Source of the DNA: Mollicutes bacterium
GTDB lineage: Bacteria > Bacillota_I > Bacilli_A > RFN20 > CAG-826
DNA length: 64,000 nucleotides
Reading direction: 5' to 3'
Assembly: GCA_022780025.1 (NCBI GenBank)
Contig: JALEXS010000018.1
Location: 3,837-67,836 of the forward strand
Below the pieces are notes generated by a model. The model worked only from the letters and a program-made list of their open reading frames with translations, ran no database searches and had not been told where the DNA came from. Positions 49,980-60,033 of the stretch are shown here, in pieces (the stretch's first letter is position 1; the number at the start of each line of letters is the position of its first letter). The position numbers and the translations under genes are program-made.

Positions 49980-51206
49980 TTAATTAAAAACAATTTCAAA
50001 TAATGATGTGTTATAAATTGGACTCCATTGAGAAACTTGCATAAACATTCTTTTTCCATCATTATCCATCATACATTCATTAATAAATCCTCCATAAAGT
50101 AATGGGAATTTATCAAAATTAATAACTTTAATTTTTTCTTTAAATTCTTCTAATAAAGAATCTGAAAGATAGAAATTAATACCATCTTCATCTAAATTAG
50201 ATATAATCCATTTATTTAAATATGGATTAAACATAATAGATCCTTCACTAGAATGATTATGATTTAATATATAGAAATAATCATCTTTATTAGTTACTAA
50301 TAAAGATTTAAATTCTTTATTTTTTGTTAATATTAAATATTTATCTTTATGTTCAATATCTATTTTTTTAACTTTTAATAAACAAGTATTTCCAAATCTT
50401 CCACCAGGATTAGCTAATAAATATATAAATTCTTTATCATCCTTATTTAAAAATGGGTAAATTTGACCAAATTGTTCACTATCACTACATTTAAAATTGA
50501 CATTTTCTACTTTTTTAAAATTCTTTAAATCATAATATTTTGCTTTTAATAATTGATTTTCTGTTACAAACCATTCTCCAGGTTTTCCCCAATATCTAAC
50601 AGACATATAAAATACATAAATATCATCATTAATTCTAATTCCACCAGTAGGAATCTTAGTAACTTCTTTATGATTGTTTATATCTAAATTTAATTCTAAA
50701 TTTTCATCATGTTGACCTTGGATAATTGGTTTAATAAGTTTATTATCATAAGAGATTATTTCTTTAAAATGAATATTATTAGAAAATTCTTTATTAATAG
50801 ATTTAGCAATAAAATTACTATTCCGCATTCCTTTATTACAGTCTTTTCCAGAAAAACTATCTCCATAAAGAAATAAACAATTATCTTTATTATCAATACA
50901 GATTCCTAAATCAGTAGAACCAATATGACTATTTTTAAATAATTCTTTATTAATAGACTCTTCTCCAGTAACAAATCCTAGATTATTAATATATTTAATT
51001 CCTTTATCTAAAGTAAAAGAATTCTTTAATCTATTATTAACATATAGAGTAACAATTTCATTAATTTCATCTACTTGATAATAAGTAACATAGTTATCTA
51101 AAAAAGCACTGTCATTAACTTCAATTTCCTTAATTTTATAGCCGTTTAGGTGGGTTTTTGCTTTTTCTAATGGCATATTGATAATATTTCTAACAGGTAT
51201 TTTCAT
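49980..51206 (-). CDS. DUF4185-like (GH183-like) beta-propeller glycosidase, cytoplasmic form
   Basis: GSTDLGI...LFLYGDSFSG....RNSNFIA, TKIPTGGI and the C-terminal QVSQWSPIYNTSLFEV. No signal peptide. Paralogue of 51208-52530. Confidence 0.55.
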   Translation of the reverse strand: MKIPVRNIINMPLEKAKTHLNGYKIKEIEVNDSAFLDNYVTYYQVDEINEIVTLYVNNRLKNSFTLDKGIKYINNLGFVTGEESINKELFKNSHIGSTDLGICIDNKDNCLFLYGDSFSGKDCNKGMRNSNFIAKSINKEFSNNIHFKEIISYDNKLIKPIIQGQHDENLELNLDINNHKEVTKIPTGGIRINDDIYVFYMSVRYWGKPGEWFVTENQLLKAKYYDLKNFKKVENVNFKCSDSEQFGQIYPFLNKDDKEFIYLLANPGGRFGNTCLLKVKKIDIEHKDKYLILTKNKEFKSLLVTNKDDYFYILNHNHSSEGSIMFNPYLNKWIISNLDEDGINFYLSDSLLEEFKEKIKVINFDKFPLLYGGFINECMMDNDGKRMFMQVSQWSPIYNTSLFEIVFN

Positions 51207-51207
51207 A

Positions 51208-52530
51208 CTATTTTAATACAACCTCCACAATAGAAGTATTATAAATTGGTGTCCATTGAGATAATTGAATATAGATTCTTTGACCATCAGTATCAGTGTA
51301 TTTATCATAAACAAATCCACCATATAGCCCAAAGAAATCACTACTAGAAACTACTTTATGAATATCATTATATGGTCCATATACGTTATCAGCTAAAGCA
51401 AAACAAATACTATTTCCTCTTAATGTAGAATAAATGTATTTATCTAAATATTTACTATACATAATAGATGGTTCACTAACTGAAGGACTTAATACATAAT
51501 ATGGATTTTCATTTAATAACTTAATTCCTTCACTACCTTTTTTCCATATATTATTACCAATTAAATATTCATATTCATCTTTATTTTCAAAACTATCTTT
51601 TTTAACTCTAAACATAATAGCTCCATCATTTCTTCCTCCCGGAATTGATGTAAAATAAACATAATCTTCATTTTTTGGATCAATAAATGGATAAATTTGT
51701 CCTGCATAAAATAATTCATCATCATTCCATCTAAGACCAGGAACATCAATAAATTCACTATAAGTATTATCTTTAGCTTTTACACATTGGTTATAAGTGA
51801 CATTCCATGATCCGCCTACTCCCCAATATCTAATTGACATATAGAAAATATATACTGTTCCATTGACAGTTATACCACCTGTTGGAATCTTAGTAACTTC
51901 AACATTTTTATTAAATTCATTACCTTGTTGATGAGCACCTTGACTAAAAGGTTTAATCATCCCATTTTCATAAGTTATAACATCATCAAACTTAAGTCCA
52001 TCTGTTAAATTATAATCACTACTAATAGCCATGAAATTAGAGTTCCAAAATCCTCCCATATTATCACCACTAAAAGTATCTCCATATAATAACATTGTCT
52101 TATTATTAGGGATTTCAAAAGGAATTCCTAAGTCAGTTCCTCTAGCACCACTATTAAGAAGTAATTCACTATTTTGCGATTCTGGTCCAGTAATATAATT
52201 AATTTTATTAATATAATTTACTAGATCATTATCCATACTTATAGCACTATCTTGCCTTTTAGAAATATTAATTTCAACTCTTTGACCTTTTTCAATCTTA
52301 TCACCTACTTTTAAATTATTTCCATAAGACAAAATTCTACCTTCAATGAGTTCCGAAGTAGGAACATGATTTTCTTTAAATAAGAAATCTGTTCCTACTT
52401 TAAGTTTCGCTTCTTTTAAAGTTAAACTATATAAATCTGGTAATGTAATATATTCTTTATTTTCATTACAAGAGAATATTGTCAAAAGAAGCGGTAAAAT
52501 ACATAACGTTTTTATATAATTTTTATTCAT
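51208..52530 (-). CDS. Lipoprotein: PASTA-like domain fused to a DUF4185-like (GH183-like) glycosidase
   Basis: Lipobox IFSC. PASTA-like ITLPDLYSLTLKEAKLKV...EGRILSY...KVGDKIEKGQRVEINIS. Then GTDLGIPF...MLLYGDTFSG...WNSNFMA ... QLSQWTPIYNTSIVEV. Confidence 0.55.
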   Translation of the reverse strand: MNKNYIKTLCILPLLLTIFSCNENKEYITLPDLYSLTLKEAKLKVGTDFLFKENHVPTSELIEGRILSYGNNLKVGDKIEKGQRVEINISKRQDSAISMDNDLVNYINKINYITGPESQNSELLLNSGARGTDLGIPFEIPNNKTMLLYGDTFSGDNMGGFWNSNFMAISSDYNLTDGLKFDDVITYENGMIKPFSQGAHQQGNEFNKNVEVTKIPTGGITVNGTVYIFYMSIRYWGVGGSWNVTYNQCVKAKDNTYSEFIDVPGLRWNDDELFYAGQIYPFIDPKNEDYVYFTSIPGGRNDGAIMFRVKKDSFENKDEYEYLIGNNIWKKGSEGIKLLNENPYYVLSPSVSEPSIMYSKYLDKYIYSTLRGNSICFALADNVYGPYNDIHKVVSSSDFFGLYGGFVYDKYTDTDGQRIYIQLSQWTPIYNTSIVEVVLK

Positions 52531-52540
52531 AATCTAGTTC

Positions 52541-54547
52541 CTATTTCTTTCTTTTTAAGAAGAAAATAATAGCTCCAACAATAATACCTACACCGGCAAC
52601 ACCACCGATAATTCCACCAGCAATAGCTCCAGTATTACTCTTCTTTTCTTCATTTTTCTTTAATACAGTAACAACAATAGAATCTTTTTTACCATTAGTA
52701 GTTTCAACACTTATTTCACAAACACCTTCACCAATAGCTTCAATTTTGCCATTATTTACTTTACAAACTGCTTCATTACTTGAAGTCCATTTGACATCTT
52801 TATTTGTTGCATCACTTGGAGTAATTGTATAAGTTAAATCCTTAGTTTCTCCAACAAAAAGTTCTAGATCTTCACTATTTATTTCGATTTTGGTTGCTTC
52901 AGTTGAGAAAGGAGTTTCACTTAAAAATCTAATATTTACATTATCAACATATAAAGTATCACCAACATTATGAGGTGTGAAAAGCCATCTAACGCTATTC
53001 CATTGAATTTTATCTTGCATGACTTGGAAATCTAAAGTAACTCTAGTATAACCATTTGATAATACTTCTTTCTTAAAATTATAATGAGCACTTTCAGCAC
53101 CACTAGTAGTTACATAACTATCATCATAATTAATCTTAGATAAATCTAATTTATAATAAGAAACATTAGCTCCACCAACAAAGCAAGAATTAATTTCTGT
53201 ATAAGTTATAGGATCATCACTAATTGTCAATTTATAATCATATTGGAATCTAACTAAATCACCAATTGTTAAATCATCTGGTGTCATTAAAAACATTGAA
53301 GAATAGTTTTTAGCATCACTTGCATCATTTTTGCCAATAGAAGCAACTTTATTATCACCATCTTTAACAATACGTCCAGGATTATCTAAACTAACACTTC
53401 CCCAAGCACCTTCTAATTGCTTTTCACTAAATTTAGTACCTTCATCAAACTTTTCAAAATCACCATTAACTACTAAATTCTTATCTTCATAATAAGTTTT
53501 TGTAGGATCAAAAGCATTTTCATAAGTTGGTTTTATGCTAAAATAAGAAATAGAAAGTTCACTAGAGCCCCTATATTCTAACTGGACTTTCTTTGCATCA
53601 CTTATTTTATTAAATGTACCTATATATGAATTTTTAGTTGTAGAAACACCATCTTTAATGATTTCAATTTCTTTAACTGAAGTTTTTTCGCTGTTTAATA
53701 TATTGAGTTTTAAATTAGCGTCACTTGCTAATTCTCCATCAAACTTAATTTCTGTAGTATATAAATTTTCATTTAATGAATCAATTTCTAATCCATAAAT
53801 ACCATCATTAGTTAATTTAACATTACCATTACCTAAAGTAACATTTTGACCATATAATTTATTTTCATTTGGAGTCATTGTTAATGTTGAAGTAGCATAA
53901 TCTAAAAATCCTTCAAAATCTCCACCTTTAAAGATATTTTCAGTGGTTCCAGTTTTAGTCATCTTAAAATTGTCAGCATAAATAGTTGCACTATTAATAT
54001 TGCACCAGAAATGCATTGAATCATAAACTTTATCTTCAAATTTTCTAGTATATTCAATATGTTTCCAATTATTAGCTAAATCAGTAGTTTTAACATCTTT
54101 ATTTTGGCTAGAATCAAAGATATTAACTTCAGGTAATCTATTTCCATCAGTTATACACCAAAAAGCAAATCCAATATTATCGGTACTACCATCTACTTTA
54201 TAATCAAATTCAATCTTATATTCTCCACCTTTTTCAATGTTTAATAATTTATAGAAAGATGAGAATCCATTACCCATAAATTTGATAACAGTATTACTAG
54301 AATTATTTTCTTCTTTAGTAACATAAGCTTTACCATCAAATGTACCCATTCCACTAATAACACTATCACCACTAGGAGCAGCACTAGGAACAACATATTC
54401 CCCAGCACCAATTTTAAAATCACCATTATAAACTATATTTTCGCCATAAATATAGTTTGCTTTTGCTTCATTACTTACATTAGCTAAAGGTAAACTGACG
54501 CCCTGAGCTAATCCAAATAATGCTAAACTTAATAAATATTTTTTCAT
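52541..54547 (-). CDS. Surface protein with three CBM4/9/22-like modules, a Big_2 Ig-like domain and a C-terminal TM anchor
   Basis: Signal peptide. Three module starts of the form N(I/L)(V/F)xxGDF(K/E). Big_2-like TKDLTYTITPSDATNKDVKWTSSNEAV. C-terminal GGIIGGVAGVGIIVGAIIFFLKRKK. Confidence 0.55.
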   Translation of the reverse strand: MKKYLLSLALFGLAQGVSLPLANVSNEAKANYIYGENIVYNGDFKIGAGEYVVPSAAPSGDSVISGMGTFDGKAYVTKEENNSSNTVIKFMGNGFSSFYKLLNIEKGGEYKIEFDYKVDGSTDNIGFAFWCITDGNRLPEVNIFDSSQNKDVKTTDLANNWKHIEYTRKFEDKVYDSMHFWCNINSATIYADNFKMTKTGTTENIFKGGDFEGFLDYATSTLTMTPNENKLYGQNVTLGNGNVKLTNDGIYGLEIDSLNENLYTTEIKFDGELASDANLKLNILNSEKTSVKEIEIIKDGVSTTKNSYIGTFNKISDAKKVQLEYRGSSELSISYFSIKPTYENAFDPTKTYYEDKNLVVNGDFEKFDEGTKFSEKQLEGAWGSVSLDNPGRIVKDGDNKVASIGKNDASDAKNYSSMFLMTPDDLTIGDLVRFQYDYKLTISDDPITYTEINSCFVGGANVSYYKLDLSKINYDDSYVTTSGAESAHYNFKKEVLSNGYTRVTLDFQVMQDKIQWNSVRWLFTPHNVGDTLYVDNVNIRFLSETPFSTEATKIEINSEDLELFVGETKDLTYTITPSDATNKDVKWTSSNEAVCKVNNGKIEAIGEGVCEISVETTNGKKDSIVVTVLKKNEEKKSNTGAIAGGIIGGVAGVGIIVGAIIFFLKRKK

Positions 54548-54571
54548 TATTATCCTCCCTAAAATAATTTA

Positions 54572-55621
54572 TTAATCTTCTAAAGGTAATCTTTCTTCTT
54601 TAGAAGGCATTTCCTTTTTAATAAGATATGGCTTAACTGTATAAAAATATGCAGTTGAAGACCAATCATCACATCTATTATTGTTATGACCATGTTCAAT
54701 AGTAACTTTTATTGATTTCTTAAAAGTAATAGGATCCATTATGTGATATCGATAATAAGTAATTTTCCCTTTCCAATTATCATCACCACCTAAAATAATC
54801 CCATGATATGGCGCATTATATTCTTGATTAGGACACCAAGCCATATTGACATAATCTTCTGTTCCTGTTCCATGAATTGAAGGATTATTTTCTCCATCAA
54901 TAAAGATAAAATCATCCCCTTCACCAGGCCAATCCCATTCTTTTGAATCACTTAAATTATGAATATTTAAATTACATCCAACATAATGTCCTTCACCGAT
55001 AATATCTAATAAAACATAATTATCTTTACCACTTACATTTTGTCCGCCAAATAAAAATTCTTTACGGTCTTTAAATAAATGATAATCTTTGCCATTAGTT
55101 GGATTATTTCTATTCCAAATAGCACCAAAATAACATATTTCATCTTTAAAATTGATTTCTTCATAATCAATATAGAAATAAAGCATTAAAGTTAAATCAC
55201 ATTCATTTACTATTTCAATTTTACAAGATTTTTTAAAAGGCATTGGCCACCAAGAATTTAACCCTCGACCATCTTGAGGAGACATTTGTAAAGGTTCACT
55301 AACAAAATTCTTACTTATTCCATGACCCATTCCAAAAAAATCACCTAATGGAACTAATACACTTGGATAATCATTATCATCATAAAAAACTTTAATATAA
55401 ACTTTTCTAAAAGCATTTTTCTCGATAATATCCCCAAAATTCATTTGGGTCATCCAAATATGAGTAATTAAACAAGATCCACAAACATCAAATATAACTT
55501 TACTTTCATTAGGTTTTATATAAATACGATCATCATTACCACCAGTTTTATCATAAGATGATACTCTTTTTCTAATTCCTTCTTTTTTAAAATAAATATT
55601 AGATAAATTATTACCAAACAT
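54572..55621 (-). CDS. DUF2961 / GH172-like glycoside hydrolase, cytoplasmic
   Basis: SSYDKTGGNDD, CLITHIWMT, PLGDFFGMG, WWPMPF and GTGTEDY motifs, as I recall for DUF2961. No signal peptide. Confidence 0.7.
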   Translation of the reverse strand: MFGNNLSNIYFKKEGIRKRVSSYDKTGGNDDRIYIKPNESKVIFDVCGSCLITHIWMTQMNFGDIIEKNAFRKVYIKVFYDDNDYPSVLVPLGDFFGMGHGISKNFVSEPLQMSPQDGRGLNSWWPMPFKKSCKIEIVNECDLTLMLYFYIDYEEINFKDEICYFGAIWNRNNPTNGKDYHLFKDRKEFLFGGQNVSGKDNYVLLDIIGEGHYVGCNLNIHNLSDSKEWDWPGEGDDFIFIDGENNPSIHGTGTEDYVNMAWCPNQEYNAPYHGIILGGDDNWKGKITYYRYHIMDPITFKKSIKVTIEHGHNNNRCDDWSSTAYFYTVKPYLIKKEMPSKEERLPLED

Positions 55622-55623
55622 AA

Positions 55624-56511
55624 TTATTTAACACCAGTTAAACTGATGCCCTCCTTAATAAATCTTTGAACAATTATAAATACAACAATAGCTGGAATAA
55701 GTGATATAAATGAAGCAGCTAAAACAGCACCATATCCAACAGTATTAATATCTTGGAATAATGAATTAATTAAAGTCATTATTTGAGTATATTGAGAATG
55801 AGCCTTATCAATAGTTAAAGTAGGCCATAAATAAGAATTATAATAACCAATAAATGTACCTGCTCCCATAATAACCATTGGAGTTAATGAATTAGGAACA
55901 AATATTTTAAAGAATATTTCAATTGAATTACATCCATCAACTCGAGCAGCTTCATCATAATCTTTAGGAAATCCTAAATAGAATTGCTTAAAAAAGAATA
56001 TATTATAAGCATTAGCTAGACCAGGAACTATTAAAACCAAAATAGTATTAAGCATTCCTAAACTAGAAACAACACTAATTGAAGTTAATAAAATTGTAAT
56101 ACCTGGAATAAACATCGTTGATATAACTATTACCCATATAATTTTCTTAAAAGGAAAATTAAGTCTAGCAAAAGCATAACCTGCAATTGAATTAATGAAT
56201 AAAGATAAAACCATTGATATAGTTGCAACAAGTAAAGTCATTCCAAACGATTGGAAGAAATTAACACCAATTGTTGTATATTGTAAATAAAATAATCTAG
56301 CAAAATTATCAGTAGTCCATTGATGAGGAAATATATGAAAATCCAAACTAAATATTTCTTTTTTATCTTTAAACATTGATAAAATAGTAAAGAATAAAGG
56401 TAAAAAGATATTAATTAAAACTATGATTACTATTAAATAAAGTAATATTTCAATAACTCTACTTTTAGTAGTTTTAGTTTTTCTTTTATTTCTAGAATCT
56501 AACTTATCCAT
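55624..56511 (-). CDS. Carbohydrate ABC transporter permease
   Basis: EAA loop EAARVDGCNSIEIFFKIFVP. 6 TM. Confidence 0.85.
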   Translation of the reverse strand: MDKLDSRNKRKTKTTKSRVIEILLYLIVIIVLINIFLPLFFTILSMFKDKKEIFSLDFHIFPHQWTTDNFARLFYLQYTTIGVNFFQSFGMTLLVATISMVLSLFINSIAGYAFARLNFPFKKIIWVIVISTMFIPGITILLTSISVVSSLGMLNTILVLIVPGLANAYNIFFFKQFYLGFPKDYDEAARVDGCNSIEIFFKIFVPNSLTPMVIMGAGTFIGYYNSYLWPTLTIDKAHSQYTQIMTLINSLFQDINTVGYGAVLAASFISLIPAIVVFIIVQRFIKEGISLTGVK

Positions 56512-56513
56512 AA

Positions 56514-57449
56514 TTATTCACCCTTTTTCTTTCTATTTGATAAAGAAAAAACAATCGCATTAAGTGCTCCAATAAATATCATTATAACTATTGAAGAAGC
56601 TATTATTTCACTTTGAGAAACATTACCATTAGCTCTAGCATGAATTAAATATAATACAGGTGTCATTGTAGAATTTAATGGTTGACCATTTGTCATAAGC
56701 ATAGGTATCTCAAACATCTGTAAATTTGCAGTAACTAAAGTAACAATAATTAATACAAAATAATTCTTTAAACAAGGTAAAACTATATACCACATCTGCT
56801 TCCAAAAATTAGCACCATCTATTTCACTAGCTTCATAATAATCTTTAGGAATATTAATTAAACCTGAATAAAATATTAAGGTAGTATAACCAGATCCAAT
56901 CCAAATAGTAGGAACAATTATTGATATATAAGCCCAGAATTTAGAATAAGTAAACGCAATAGGTTCAATATCCATCCATCCTAAAATACCATTAATTACT
57001 CCACCATTATAATAAGTTAATAAAGTAAAAATACATCCTACTACAATCCCAGAAAATAAATAAGGTAAATAAATTATTGTTCTAGCAAATATACCAAATC
57101 TATTCTTAATTCTTACTAAAATATTAGCAAATAAGAAAGCACCTATTACTTGCAAAATTACAATAAATAGTGTCATTATGCAGACATTTAGTAAAGATTT
57201 AACGAAATTTTGATTTTTAAAAATCTTAATATAATTACTAAAACCAGCAAAAATAGCTTCATTAGGTCCAGATTCAAAATAGAAAAATGATCTATATATT
57301 GCCATTATTAAAGGAACAATTACGAAAATAGTTAATAAAATAACAGCTGGAGCAATAAGTAAATATCCAGATACTTTTTCTTCTTTAACAATATTTTTTG
57401 GTAATATTGAAAACTTCTTCATAAACCTATAAACGTGGATTCTTTCCAC
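56514..57449 (-). CDS. Carbohydrate ABC transporter permease
   Basis: EAA loop EASEIDGANFWKQMWYIVLP. The track start at 57449 is a GTG overlapping the SBP gene. The ATG at 57422 is an alternative start. Confidence 0.8.
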   Translation of the reverse strand: MERIHVYRFMKKFSILPKNIVKEEKVSGYLLIAPAVILLTIFVIVPLIMAIYRSFFYFESGPNEAIFAGFSNYIKIFKNQNFVKSLLNVCIMTLFIVILQVIGAFLFANILVRIKNRFGIFARTIIYLPYLFSGIVVGCIFTLLTYYNGGVINGILGWMDIEPIAFTYSKFWAYISIIVPTIWIGSGYTTLIFYSGLINIPKDYYEASEIDGANFWKQMWYIVLPCLKNYFVLIIVTLVTANLQMFEIPMLMTNGQPLNSTMTPVLYLIHARANGNVSQSEIIASSIVIMIFIGALNAIVFSLSNRKKKGE

Positions 57450-58791
57450 TTAAAGAATTATCATTAATAATCTTAGTGACAGCTTTATCACATTTATCAA
57501 TAGAACTATCAATATCTTTTCCCATTGCTGCTTCTTCTAATAACCCTTCAACAGCAACACTAATATTCCAATCATATATTGGTTCTAAAATAGCTTTATT
57601 AGATACACCACTAATAACATCAATCCAACTAGAAGGAACATCATTTTGTTCATTCTTTTTCTTATCTAATATAGTTTGTATTGACTTTCTAGGAGATGCT
57701 TTTGAGTAAAATGCTCTAGTAAAATAATCAACTGTTTGTTCTTCATTTTCCGCAGTTAAAAATTTAATAACTTCTATAGCTTTATCTACATTTTTACATT
57801 CACTAGATATAACATAAGCCCATCCACCATTAGTAGCAGTAACTTTATCTTGATTACCATCAAATGTTGGCATAATAGCAAATCCAATATCATCTTTAAT
57901 ATCTTTATATTGATTTAAAACAGTCGATATTGACCAACTACCACAAGTAGTCATAACTGCTTTTCCATCGCATACATCAAAAACAGATTCAGTATATTCG
58001 CCACTTGATAAAGGAACATATCCATTAGAATATAAATCTTTCCATAAATTAGCTAAATCTTTATAACCTTTTTCTTTAATTCTAGAAGTAGACCAATCTT
58101 CAGTGATAGCAAGTCCTCCTGTAGCACTATGTTGCATACCCCAAGTACCCCAAGCACAAGCAACCCCAGTTGGTACACCAAAAGGATAAATATTTTTCTT
58201 ATTATCTTTTCTTAAATTAGTTTTAATATTTTTACATAAATCTAAGAAATCACTCCATTTAGTAGGAACATTATCTTTATTACCATATTGCTTTAATAAT
58301 TTCTTATTATAAGCAACTATAGTTGATGGCTCCATAACAATAGGGAATCCATAATATTTATTATTATATGTAATAGCTTCTTTAGCAGTATCTTTTAAAT
58401 CATCCCAAACTTTATTATCTAAATAACTTGATAAATCAATAGCTCTACCTGCTTGAACTTCTTTATATAGATTACCATAAGATACCATATAAATATCAGG
58501 TACATTCTTAGCTTCATAACTTGATCTAATTAAATCATCAAAATCATTCTTATTAATATAAGTTTGATCAAGTTGAATACCATCATCTTTTATTTTATTG
58601 AATGCTTTTCTTTGAGAAATATTAATTTGATTTTCCCATTCCTCAAAATCCATCATCCACATCTTAATATGTGTTGCATTTTCTTCTACAAATTCTTTTT
58701 CATCATCAATTATTATATCTGATGGTGGTTTACATGAAAATAAACAAGAAATTGCACAAAAACTTAATAAGTATAGCTTTCTTCTTTTCAT
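57427..58791 (-). CDS. ABC transporter sugar-binding lipoprotein (family 1)
   Basis: Lipobox LFSC, 454 aa. It is the first gene downstream of the AraC regulator. Confidence 0.8.
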   Translation of the reverse strand: MKRRKLYLLSFCAISCLFSCKPPSDIIIDDEKEFVEENATHIKMWMMDFEEWENQINISQRKAFNKIKDDGIQLDQTYINKNDFDDLIRSSYEAKNVPDIYMVSYGNLYKEVQAGRAIDLSSYLDNKVWDDLKDTAKEAITYNNKYYGFPIVMEPSTIVAYNKKLLKQYGNKDNVPTKWSDFLDLCKNIKTNLRKDNKKNIYPFGVPTGVACAWGTWGMQHSATGGLAITEDWSTSRIKEKGYKDLANLWKDLYSNGYVPLSSGEYTESVFDVCDGKAVMTTCGSWSISTVLNQYKDIKDDIGFAIMPTFDGNQDKVTATNGGWAYVISSECKNVDKAIEVIKFLTAENEEQTVDYFTRAFYSKASPRKSIQTILDKKKNEQNDVPSSWIDVISGVSNKAILEPIYDWNISVAVEGLLEEAAMGKDIDSSIDKCDKAVTKIINDNSLSGKNPRL

Positions 58792-58895
58792 ATTTGCTCC
58801 TATTTAATTTAACTTTATTATGACTAATAAGCCTTAATAATAATAGAGCAAAAAACTTTTAAATGATAACAAAAATTTGGAAATCGCTATTGTCT

Positions 58896-59765
58896 TTATT
58901 TTTTTGATTTATTTTTTTCGTTTTTATATTGTGTCGGATATCGTCCATCTAATTTATAAAACCAACGTGAAAAAGTTTGAGGTTCATTAAAATTAAGTAA
59001 CATTGATATTTCTTTAATAGATTTAAAAGAATTTCTAATCAAGTTTTTAGCATAACCTAATCTTAAATTATCATAATATTTTTTTGGAGTAGTATGAAAT
59101 GTCTTATTAAATAATTCATTTAATGCCCAACTAGATAAATTACTTTTGAGTTCAAAATCTTTAAGAGTTAAATTATTTTGTAAATTCTCAGTCATATAGC
59201 GAGTAATCATACTAACCATATCAAAATTTTCACTATCTTCTTTATAACCAATAGCATCGCTAATATACATTGATAATAATAATTTTAATGTTCCTTCCAT
59301 ATGTAATTTCTTTAAAGGATCATCAAAAGTATACTCATTTATTAAATGTAACATTAAACTTCTTACTAAAGATGGATTAGTTGAATGAATAACAAGTGGT
59401 AAATTTAACCCTAATTCCTTTAAATAATTAGGTCTAAAATAAGTTAATTCTTTATCACTCATATATTCTTTTTCTTTCATTGATACAGGAATAATAGGTG
59501 ATAATTCATCTTCATTAAAATCAAAATGAATATGAGGTTGACAACAATTCTCCTTATACCATCTAATAATATGATGTTTATTAGGAGGAATTAATATTAA
59601 ATCTCCTTCTTTTACTATATAAGTATCATCATCAAATTCTATCTTCATCATTCCTTTATCAATAAATATCAGTTCGAAATCAAAAATAGATCTATTAATA
59701 AAATAATCAGGAAGCCATGTATGATACATTGCAAGTCTTATATAAGGTTTAAAATTGAGTTCCAT
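58896..59765 (-). CDS. AraC family transcriptional regulator
   Basis: Cupin-like N-terminus (GDLILIPPNKHH). C-terminal AraC HTH IKEISMLLNFNEPQTFSRWF. Confidence 0.85.
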   Translation of the reverse strand: MELNFKPYIRLAMYHTWLPDYFINRSIFDFELIFIDKGMMKIEFDDDTYIVKEGDLILIPPNKHHIIRWYKENCCQPHIHFDFNEDELSPIIPVSMKEKEYMSDKELTYFRPNYLKELGLNLPLVIHSTNPSLVRSLMLHLINEYTFDDPLKKLHMEGTLKLLLSMYISDAIGYKEDSENFDMVSMITRYMTENLQNNLTLKDFELKSNLSSWALNELFNKTFHTTPKKYYDNLRLGYAKNLIRNSFKSIKEISMLLNFNEPQTFSRWFYKLDGRYPTQYKNEKNKSKK

Positions 59766-60015
59766 CTTATTTATTATGATACAACATTATTAAAAAGAAA
59801 TAACTAAAATTTGTATGCTCATTTTAATTGATAATAAATCTATTTATCTTATATATAAATAATTTTAAATAATATTAAAAGTTCTATATAGCATTAAATA
59901 ATTACTATCAAATATTTATTTGTTAATCATTAAATATTATTTTTAACTATTATTTTTATTAAAAATACAATAAGTATGCAAAACTTAACTTATTTTTTTA
60001 ATTTTTTTACATAAA

Positions 60016-60033
60016 AGTACCCATTCGGGTACT
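60016..60033 (+). promoter_or_regulatory. GC-rich palindrome AGTACCC-N4-GGGTACT upstream of lipoprotein gene 1
   Basis: 7-bp arms with a 4-nt spacer, ending 21 nt upstream of a TAATAT -10-like box. The same element sits upstream of the paralogue at 62192-62209. Confidence 0.5.
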
